From Ginkgo biloba (taxonomy: Eukaryota > Plantae > Ginkgophyta), in contig JANKJI020000002.1 in assembly GCA_024626585.2 (NCBI GenBank), forward strand, positions 193,037,201 to 193,058,140: 20,940 bases of DNA, in the 5' to 3' direction. The notes beneath the pieces are model-generated. The model saw only the letters and a list, made by a program, of their open reading frames with translations, ran no database searches and had not been told where the DNA came from. Shown piece after piece: positions 11,915 to 20,940 of this stretch (positions are counted from its first letter, which is position 1; each line of letters opens with the position of its first letter). A program made the position numbers and the translations under genes.

Positions 11915-12035
11915 TATGATCTTGATGGTAACTCCATTTTTAGTATTTACTCCTTTTGGAAAAGTGACACCAGACAAGGCCTTTATCAAATTCTTAAATT
12001 CCTATGAGATTATCCTTTTTGTCCATCTTATTCCT
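11915..12035 (+). repeat. Second, diverged copy of the gag segment at 10042-10161
   Basis: TATGATCTTGATGGTAACTCC...CTCCTTTTGGAAAAGTGACAC...ACAAGGCCTTTATCAAATT aligns with TATGAGCTTGATGGTGACTCA...CTCCTTTTGGAAGAGTGACAC...ACAAGGCCTTTACCAATTT, roughly 75-80% identical by eye. Confidence 0.85.
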
Positions 12036-12242
12036 TCCATCATAACTCTAGTTTCTCATCTAATTATATCCTTATATAAATGAAATAATTTCCCTTCAAG
12101 CTTCATTCTTTTATTTTTATAGTTCTATATAAAAATTAAAAATTATAAATAATGAAGCTAACATGAATAGTGGTAGAAATGAAACAACTTCATACCTTTC
12201 AACATGTCTATAAGAGGTTTGTTTTGGTCAATTTATTTTTTA

Positions 12243-12582
12243 GAGTTTAGATCTCTCCTCACTCAAAATGTTCATGGGACCTAGGTGATCAAATTATTGG
12301 TTGTAGTTTTCATTGATGTCTTTAGTATTTCTTCCTCCACTATTATGGAACCAAAATCCTCATCCCCTTCTGATTTAATCTCTAGTTCATTCTCTTCTAA
12401 TTCATCCACAAAAATTTACTCTACTTTTCTCTTAATATTTGGTTTCTTGTTTAATGTCTTCATTAGATTACCTAAATTCTAAATTCTTTAGGTGATGTAA
12501 AATTCCCTTATAAAAATCAATGCTTCATGTTCAACACTAAATCCTCTCCCCTACTTTAAATTAGTATCTCATGTGGCATAAT
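12243..12582. repeat. Dispersed ~340-bp repeat, copy 1; probably retrotransposon internal sequence on the minus strand
   Basis: Colinear with 13372-13711, with shared blocks ATGGGACCTAGGTGAT, TTTCTTCCTCCACTA, TCTTCTAATTCATCCAC and GGTGATGTAAAATTCCCTTATAAAAATCA. The minus strand encodes a broken acidic peptide (FVDELEENELEIKSEGDEDFG). Confidence 0.85.
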
Positions 12583-12949
12583 CAAGATAATTTCTTTATC
12601 TAATCAATGCCATAGACTATGATGTACCCACTTGGTAATGGAGTCTTAAAGGAATGACCTTAAAATATGCATGGGCATATGATCATAAATCCAAGGGGAT
12701 AATTTGGTTTTTGACCTTTTGTATTCCTTTCTACACTAGAATTAAGTCTTTTTATCCACTTGTATGACCTAAATCTATTCTCTATATGAAGAATTATGCA
12801 ATACTATGTTAGTGCATGCATTTGCAGACGATATTATGTCCATGCATGTGTTTTTAATGAGTATCATGTCAATTTGCACCTTTGGAGTACATTATAATAC
12901 GGTATAAATTGCAAAAATGCGGTACGACCTATGGAAACCTAAAAGCACA

Positions 12950-13271
12950 AAAATAAACTTTGAAGATATGCATCTTTGCATGTAGTCTGAGATAATGATT
13001 TGTACTTGTTTGTGAATCTACCAAATGACCTACATATAGACCAATAATAGATCTCCTATACACTCTCAAATATTTATAATCAAGGATATAACACAATCTA
13101 ACTCAAATGATAAGCAAGATCAAAGATTAAAATTCACAAGAATATTGGACAAAGGTAAACTCTCTCTGTTTCCAAAGTGTGAAAATACAAGATTATAATG
13201 ATACAATGATCATAAAGTGTGAATCTCACATATGTATGAGAATACAAAGGATAAAACCTTATTTATAAGAA
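12950..13271 (-). mobile_element. Possible LTR fragment upstream (minus orientation) of the 340-bp repeat
   Basis: An A-rich plus strand with ATACAA/ACACAA motifs ends in TATTTATAA (minus-strand TATA-like TTATAAATA, ~13260-13268), a composition typical of plant LTRs. No terminus, PBS or second LTR is visible. Confidence 0.25.
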
Positions 13272-13371
13272 NNNNNNNNNNNNNNNNNNNNNNNNNNNNN
13301 NNNNNNNNNNNNNNNNNNNNNNNNNNNNNNNNNNNNNNNNNNNNNNNNNNNNNNNNNNNNNNNNNNNNNNN

Positions 13372-13711
13372 GAGTCTATCTCTCTCCTCACTTATAATTT
13401 TTATGGGACCTAGGTGATTAGATTATTAGTTATAGTTATCAATAATGTCTCTAATGTTTCTTCCTCCACTACTATGGGACACAAATCCTCACCCCCTTTT
13501 TATTTAGTCTTTAGTTAATTATCTTCTAATTCATCCACCAAAATTTCCTCTACTTTTATTTGTATATTTGGTTTCTTGCTCAATGTATTGACTAGAGTAA
13601 CCATGTTCTAAATTCTTTGGGTGATGTAAAATTCCCTTATAAAAATCATTAATTCATATAAAATATTAAATCCTCTCCTCTACTTCAAATTGGTAGCTCT
13701 GATGGAATAAT
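13372..13711. repeat. Dispersed ~340-bp repeat, copy 2
   Basis: Direct, roughly 75-80% identical (by eye) counterpart of 12243-12582. It starts at the first base after a 100-N spacer. Confidence 0.85.
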
Positions 13712-13929
13712 AAATTTAAATATATTAACTAATCAAGATTATAGAGTGGCTTTACCCTGACAAAAAAGTGATGTTAGAGAAAAAAATCCACCATCGTGAT
13801 TGAGTGAGGGTAGCATAACAATTTAAAGTGGAACTCATATGAGAAGAGATACCTTTAAAAAGAGCAAAGGGTGAGATAAAGGTAAAATATGACAATTAAA
13901 GTATTATTCAAATAAGAAATTTAAAGTGT

Positions 13930-14657
13930 CTACCTTAGGATAAAACTAAGAGTGGTATGAAGGCTAGTAATAACATGTCATAGTTTGAAGGTAGCCATTA
14001 TAAGTTTACAAAGTAAAGAAACCTTTAAAAACTAATTGAGGGTAGAATGTTGTTCAAGAACTAATTGGTCATATGTTATAGTTTGAAGGTAGTGGTATAA
14101 GTTTGTAAAGGAAAATATACCTTCATAAAAGGATGAGGGATGTATAATGATTAGGGATAATAGCTAAGATACTATTCACATACCATGATTTGAAGGTAGT
14201 AGTTACAAGTTGACAAAGGAAATATATTTTATAAAAGTTTTATAGTGGCATGAAATTATAGGATAGTAGTAAACATACTAATCACATGTCACATTTTGAA
14301 CATATAAGTTATAAGTTTATAAATTAGATATACCCTCATAAAAAATTGAGGGTCATATAGTGATTAAGGCTAGTAATTAAGATATTAGTCACATGTTACG
14401 ATTTGAAGGTAGCAAGTTGAAGTTTGTAAGGGAAATATACCTTTATAAAAATATGAGGGTGGTATGATGATTAAGTCTATCGATTATGATATCAATTACA
14501 TGTCACAACTACATGTTTACAAATGAAATATACCTTTACAAAAATATAAAAGTAACATGGTAGTTAAATATAATAGTTTGAAAGCTATACATATTATGTA
14601 ATTTTGAAAGTAGTGACTACAAATTGTAAAGGAAATATACCTTCATAAAAATATAAG
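13930..14657 (+). repeat. Diverged tandem array, ~107-bp unit, about 6-7 copies
   Basis: The anchor TTTGAA(GGTAG) recurs at 13984, 14082, 14189, 14295, 14402 and 14603 (spacings 98, 107, 106, 107, 201). Approximate consensus: CACATGTCATAGTTTGAAGGTAG..TTATAAGTTTGTAAAGGAAATATACCTTCATAAAA..TGAGGGT..TATGATGATTAAG. Confidence 0.85.
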
Positions 14658-16199
14658 TATTTCATAGATATTTTTCTTGTGAAATAATTAAGGATTAATA
14701 GATTTTATAGAGATTAATTTTAGATTAGATTATAAGACTATCTTTTCAATAAACTAATATGTATTCAAGGGTTTTTTATATATGCAAAGTTGAAAACCAT
14801 TGGAAATATTTCTTTTTTNNNNNNNNNNNNNNNNNNNNNNNNNNNNNNNNNNNNNNNNNNNNNNNNNNNNNNNNNNNNNNNNNNNNNNNNNNNNNNNNNN
14901 NNNNNNNNNNNNNNNNNNATTTAATTGTTAAATTGATAGTTACTCCTTGGTTTTCTTAATGCTCATCCCATTAACTCATAGCAATTGAAGCCCTAATTAC
15001 TCTCCCCTCATTTCTTCTAGCTCTTTATGATAGTGAGTTTAATCGTTTTAGCTTGTTGTTCTTCAAGATGAGCCTCTTCCTCACTATTTTTTACAGTTTC
15101 TTCTCCCCTCTTCCTCTCTTTCCTTTCTCTTTCTTACTATCACTATTCTATGGAATTGACCCTAATAACCACACACACTTTTGAAATCACTTATGGATAG
15201 TGTGGATAGCAGGTTTCATCTAGGGCTCTTTACCCCTTTTATCTTTTATTTCCAACATTTTGTGCTTCTTGAAGGGAACTTTCCCTATTGAAGAAGAGGG
15301 CCTTTCATACCCTCACTATTGACCCTATCATGACACCATTCCCCACTCTAGAGTAAAGAAGACCGGTTAGCCTTATCCACCCTATCAGCTTTGGTTGTCA
15401 CCCTTAGACTGTCAACACTAATTAGTCACCTCATGAAATATTTCCCTATTTAATATTCTAGTCGTGACGATACTTTCCTTATTATTATACAATTTACTTC
15501 CATAATCGAACATAGTTGAGATATCTCCTTAAATTATTATAGTTTACTAAATTAGAGAATCCCTTACTATTGTACTTTTAAAAGTGAAATCCCTAACTAG
15601 CTCACTAGTTTTAAAGTCTTTATCCAAAATTTAATAAGAAAAATAGCATGTTTACCATAAACTATTTCAAAATGATTAAAACCTATTACAATCATCCAGG
15701 TGATTCTATATTCCTACACATCTTTAGGCAATAATTCATCCTAACATCATCTATGTACTTCGNNNNNNNNNNNNNNNNNNNNNNNNNNNNNNNNNNNNNN
15801 NNNNNNNNNNNNNNNTCTTATTTTGTCACTTTAGCCCATCCATTGTCCTAATTATAATATAGAATATATTTCTAATAATTATTTTAATACTCATTATTTA
15901 GGGATTCAATTACCTTTATAATAAAATAGGTTCTTTTATCACTTACTAACTTGAGGTTTTCTTGAATGAGTGAAAATTTCTTCATGTAAGAATATAACAA
16001 TATTCTTTGCATTTTCCTTATATATTAGATGCACTTCANNNNNNNNNNNNNNNNNNNNNNNNNNNNNNNNNNNNNNNNNNNNNNNNNNNNNNNNNNNNNN
16101 NNNNNNNNNNNNNNNNNNNNNNNNNNNNNNNNNNNNNNGTTCCATGTTGTAAAGGAACATGAATACATTGAAAAACTAGAAATGGAATTTGAACAAATT

Positions 16200-17150
16200 G
16201 GGGATTAACTAATAGATTATATGAGACCATAATAACTATATAGTTTATGGAATTTCCTACACATGCATAGGTTTCAATATGATAGAAAAGAAATAAGAGA
16301 TGATATGACATATTTTTAAGATTTATGCATGAATTCTACAAATAGGTATATAGGAATTGGATTGATAAACATAATATTAAATAACAAAATTACAATGAAT
16401 TGAATATAAGGGTGAATTATATCAAATATTATCCCAAAATTATTAATAAGTTAAATGTAATGATGATTACAAACCTAAAAGATATCCAAGAGAAACCATA
16501 TGGGAGGTTGAGTATAAGTATAAGATTAGGTGCCAAAACATTGCTACATCAATAAATGGATAGAAAGGGTCAATCGGAGAAACATATGTAAAAAAATAAA
16601 AATGAGAAGCACATTATTGAAAAACATTAAGTATAAAGGGAAGATGACATTGAAGAATATAATAAAATGTTATCTAAGGATGAATAAGAAGTGGGTGTAT
16701 GTAAAGTGCTAAAACCTATAAGTGATAAATGTGAATAGGAAGAATCATATTATGAGAAATTGGAGCCAATTAGTGATGAAGACAAACATAATGATGAATA
16801 AAAATTACAAAAATAACCCTTCATAGAAGAGGCAACTAAGAAAAAAGTGGAAGTTAAGGATAATGAAAATAGTGATAGTATATGAAAAATAAAGGTAGAG
16901 GTTTTTCCAATACTAATGGAATAACTACCAAAGTTAAACACATTCAACGTTTATGGGCGCATACAAAAATCCAAATTATGCATGATTGTACATTTAGGGG
17001 CCACATATAATTTTAAGGATATAAGGCAAATTAAAATATTTTGATTACAAATCAAGAGATGTTGATTTATGATTATGACCCTAGGACATAAGTATCTTAT
17101 GTGTGAAGGCATCATAAAAAATATGCAAAGTATGTATGTAATGATTCTTT
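16200..17150 (+). mobile_element. Degenerate Ty3/gypsy gag-aspartic protease relic
   Basis: From 16925 the frame reads LPKLNTFNVYGRIQKSKLCMIVHLGATYNFKD, matching TFRVxGxIQxxxVxVLIDSGATHNFID with the catalytic Asp changed to His at 16991. It is preceded by an acidic E/D-rich linker (16750-16880). The gag portion is only weakly recognisable. Confidence 0.6.
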
Positions 17151-17602
17151 CCTTATTACTCTAACCGAATGTATAGATTAGTGAAAATATTAAGGGTAGT
17201 CTTATCAAATCAAAATGTTTAAATTGAGGAAAATCTAAACACCAATTAAATTATTAATATTGTTTAACTATACATTCTTTTTCAACACATGGATAAAAAT
17301 TTGGTGAATTTTACTAACATAAGGAATTTGTAGAGGTGAATATCTAAAAATAAAAAAAAGGAGTTATATGAACAATTTAGAAATATTAATAAATAAAATA
17401 TAATATTAAATAAAGAAATAGGTTTATTCAAAGAGTATAAGCTATTATAAAATATAGAATGATTATTATATATGGATGAAAACTTTTATTTAATTCAGTC
17501 ATNNNNNNNNNNNNNNNNNNNNNNNNNNNNNNNNNNNNNNNNNNNNNNNNNNNNNNNNNNNNNNNNNNNNNNNNNNNNNNNNNNNNNNNNNNNNNNNNNN
17601 NN

Positions 17603-18332
17603 AACTTTAGGATCAAAGGGAATTGATTTGAGAGTTGTTTTCTCTATATTTTAGAAGGAGAATTTACTTTCATGGGTCAAGATTGCCTGAGATCAGTCAC
17701 CATAAGAACTTATCCCCTAGAGCCTCATAAAATAGAGGGATATTTTTTATTCCTAATCCATACATATCCTTGGGAAGGAACACTCTATCCCAATTTAGAA
17801 GGAAAAGAACCTTCTCTTTTTTACCACATTTCCATAGGAAATTCCTAAAAATTTTCTTAATTTTTGTAATGACCAAATTAGAAGATGTAAGAATGGAGCT
17901 GATAAAGATTGGAATAGAAAATAGGTTTCTTCTAATGAGCATAATTTTACTTGCAAGGTTGAGCAATTTATTGGACTAAGTGCAAATCCTTCTTCTAAGT
18001 TTTTATATTAGCTAGGTCTAATATTTACTAGTTGTAGGTTTATAGCTAATTAGGAACCCCAAATAAATGAAAACCACCTTAGGGTCACCTAAATGGAATT
18101 TAATGACTTTTCATAGTTTATTTTAGAGAGATGGAGAGAATTTAAGGAAGAATACTGAGGACTAATTATTGTTAATGATATATCTAGTATCTTTCATAAA
18201 TATGGACAATATATTTCTTAGGATCTTAGCTTCAGGAACATTAGACTTGTTAAGGAGAATAATGTCATAAAAAAATTGAGAGTGGGTCACTTTGGGGGAA
18301 AGAGGGGTTATTTATACTCTAGATAATTTTCC
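17603..18332 (-). mobile_element. 5'-truncated, degenerate L1-clade LINE ORF2 (RT C-terminal half and downstream region)
   Basis: Minus strand: GKLSRV*ITPLSPKVTHSQFFYDIILL (decayed THSQF(A/V)DD, ~18252-18332), INNN*SSVFF (INxxKS), FIYLGFLI (YLGxP, ~18048-18071), then ORF 17697-17966 with IFRNFLW..LLNWDRVFLPKDMYGLGIKN..ALGDKFLW (consensus RxFLW..VxWxxVCxPKxxGGLGI..ALxxKxxW). Confidence 0.9.
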
Positions 18333-18334
18333 AA

Positions 18335-19400
18335 AACCAACTATATACCAAACTTAATAAATACAAGTTTGACAAGACCTAACTCCAATATTTAGGAAAT
18401 ATTATCTTCCCTGATGGTGTTTAAGTGGACCCTAAAAAGTCTCTACCATCATATCTTGGCCCTATCTTAAAAACCTCACTCAACTTCAATATTTCCTTGG
18501 ACTTATTATGCTTTATATATTTTTTATCACTATTCATGCCTTAGTCACTACGCTCATTATGGATCTCCTCTATAAGGATTCATTCTATTGGCTCATTGAG
18601 GCTTAAGAAGACTTCCTCCATCATAACTCCCTTCTTACTTCTACCCCTGTCCTTGTCACCCCAGACTTAACTCAAACTTTTTATCATGACTATGATGCAT
18701 CTATATTTAACATTAGAGATATCCTCATGTAGCAGTTCCATCCTATTTCCTTTGAAAGTCATAAAATCAAACCCCATGAATGTCTCTTACCCACATACTA
18801 GAAGGAGATGAATCCCATCCTCCATGTTATGAAAAAATGGCACCAATACCTTCTCAATTCTAAATTCATCATCTTAATAGATAGTAATAACCTTAAAATC
18901 CTTCTTCACCAACCTATCCTATCGAAATAATATGTAAAATGGGTCAATTATCTCCATATCTTTGAGTTGAATATTAGCTATAAGAAGCGAAAAGGAAACA
19001 TCATTGCTAGCACCCTCTCATGACTTCCCCTTGATCTTCCCCTCCACTACATTTCTCACTCCTAACCCTCTCGTAATGATGACCTAGTTCTTTCCAACCA
19101 AGCTCTTAAATACCGTGATTAATCAACCAAAAAATTTGGTCATCACCCTAATTAGAACCTTGCATCACTCTTCCATCATATGTCTCAATTTAGAGCCTTA
19201 TATGGTTACCCTCCCCCTTTTCACCACACTATTATTGGCAACCTTTGCACTAAAGTTATTAATGTCAAGCTTCAAGAAATTGACCATATCCTTATCACCC
19301 TTAAGTATAAATTACCTTCTACCCATAATTGCATGAAATAGTTCATAGACCATCATCATTCTGATTGTTCTTTTAACATAGGTGGCATGGTTTTAAGTAT
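18335..19400 (+). mobile_element. Degenerate Ty3/gypsy (chromovirus-like) pol: RT C-terminus, RNase H and integrase C-terminal part
   Basis: NQLYTKLNKYKF..QYLGNIIFPDGV*VDPKK; SWPYLKNLTQLQYFLGL; TSTPVLVTPDLTQTFYHDYDAS; HPISFESHK; KEMNPILHVMKKWHQYL; KWVNYLHIFELNISYKKRKGNIIASTLS (ends ~19020); then MSQFRALYGYPPP..NCMK*FIDHHHSDCSFNIGGMVL (consensus MSPFxALYG..QxRMKxxADxxRxxxxFxVGDxV). The RT-RH-INT order is gypsy. Confidence 0.92.
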
Positions 19401-20940
19401 AAATAACAATAATATTTATGGCACCATAGTAACCAGAAGTNNNNNNNNNNNNNNNNNNNNNNNNNNNNNNNNNNNNNNNNNNNNNNNNNNNNNNNNNNNN
19501 NNNNNNNNNNNNNNNNNNNNNNNNNNNNNNNNNNNNNNNNAAGGTTGAAAAATTTAAGAACATATGCTATCAATTATGCCCAAGATTTATCACATTCATG
19601 TAAAAGGGGATAAAATACATGTAATCAATATTTTAGGACATATCATATTGATGTATTAGGAGCTATAAAATAAATCCCAAATGATGAAATTTATAAATAC
19701 TTTTGATTATTAGTCTATGATGGAACACACCATATATAATTGTATAGATATTCCTTATTAGTAAAAAAAAAAAATTCTCATTTATTTGCACGTCCTCAAG
19801 CTTTGATATATTTCCATCAACTACTCTAATTCATATTTTATCTATTTTAATCATAATATATTAAAAATTAGGTAATATTATAACAACCTATTTATGTGTA
19901 CCTTTTTTTCTCTACCACATCAATGTGTATTCCTTAGCATGTGCATCGATATAGGATTGATATTTTATCTCAAAAATAGAATTTTTTAATGATGAAATCC
20001 TATCCTAATAATTTATACACCTTCCTAGAATGCAATGAGTTAATTATTAAAATAAAATTTATCACTTATCTATTTTTTTTCTAAATTCTTATGGTTGTCC
20101 AATTTGGTCAATGTGGAAACTTTCACCATTCAAATAAGAATCCTCATATAATCCCATATTTTTTTATAAATACAAGGATATTTGAAGGATCAAAGGGTAT
20201 TTTTTTTATATATTTTTTATGTACTAAAATGTTTCCCAAATTTGCGTAAAGATATAAAAGAATTTTTTAGATACTTTTTATAGATTGAGTGAGGNNNNNN
20301 NNNNNNNNNNNNNNNNNNNNNNNNNNNNNNNNNNNNNNNNNNNNTAGTGTTCATAAGCTTTAAGGATTTTAGGTTTCACATAGTATCTATAATTTTCCTT
20401 CATTGTATTAGTTTCCACCTTCTTATATTAATGGTGCATGGATTTGAAGTATTGATGCTAATTTTGAGGACTTAGAGACATGCATGATTAGGAGCCAACT
20501 TGAAAATCTTTGGAAGAGATTTAGTTCAGTAACCTTTTTATATTTTAATTTTAAAATGGAAATATTCTTTTTGTTTACTTGATTATTTATTTTCTATTTT
20601 ATATTATTTTGTTGAATTATCAAAGGAAGGTTTATTTATAACCTGTACTTATTAACAATTTTCACAATGGGACTTTAGTTAATTCTAAAATCTAAAATTT
20701 ATAATTCAATTAAGAAGATATTATGATAAATTTTTGGGACAAGTTTCTTTTTTTTAAATTTGAAATGTTGAATAGTCTTATTTTTGTTCATTTTAATGGA
20801 GTGGTAATACTTGAAACCCCATTCTTGGTGAAAATTTTTAGATTTGAAACATTATCAATTCTAAAATTTTGTAATTATCTTACATTTAAGTAGATAATCT
20901 ACCTAGTTTTTTGCATAATTTTACTCCAAGGATTAATACT

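Larger units (their letters stand above)
2850..19540. other. Assembly spacers of exactly 100 N: 2850-2949, 5921-6020, 11815-11914, 13272-13371, 14819-14918, 16039-16138, 17503-17602, 19441-19540
   Basis: Counted directly. The other gaps have irregular sizes (38, 10, 914, 255, 16, 53, 50). 100 N is the usual convention for a join of unknown length. Confidence 0.95.

Noticed and set aside
12285-12482. Ser-rich 65-aa ORF resembling a small secreted or membrane peptide
   Set aside because: It is the antisense frame of an acidic repeat-derived sequence, and the second copy at 13372-13711 has no equivalent ORF in the track.
13930-14657. CRISPR-like reading of the regularly spaced TTTGAAGGTAG motif
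   Set aside because: The intervening sequences are homologous to each other, the repeats are diverged, there are no cas genes, and the context is eukaryotic.
14919-15762. Possible gag/zinc-knuckle relic on the minus strand
   Set aside because: Purine-rich and gag-like in composition, but I could not recover a convincing motif.
19541-20940. Final AT-rich segment with homopolymer tracts
   Set aside because: No ORF, repeat unit or RNA structure that I could support.

Overview
AT-rich, strongly CpG-depleted eukaryotic DNA that looks like a large plant genome, possibly a gymnosperm (the taxon is inference). Eight spacers of exactly 100 N split it into nine segments, and seven other gaps occur, so adjacency across spacers is unproven. 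The only host gene-like sequence is a GC/CpG-rich, Pro/Gln/Tyr-rich 3' coding region on the minus strand (1054-422). It resembles the C-terminus of plant PB1 (octicosapeptide/Phox/Bem1p) proteins and carries an in-frame TAA at 797-799. The rest is mostly decayed transposon debris: a Tat/Ogre-like Ty3/gypsy gag-protease relic (~9900-11810), a second gypsy gag-protease relic (~16200-17150), a 5'-truncated L1-type LINE RT joined back to back to a gypsy RT-RNase H-integrase relic (17603-19400), two pairs of dispersed repeats, and a ~107-bp tandem array. That array shares a TACCCTCA/TGAGGGTA inverted motif with a ~27-bp array elsewhere. I found no convincing new biological system. The best leads are the interrupted and apparently eroding gene and the shared hairpin-motif arrays. 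Family calls come from manual translation and recalled consensus motifs, not database searches.
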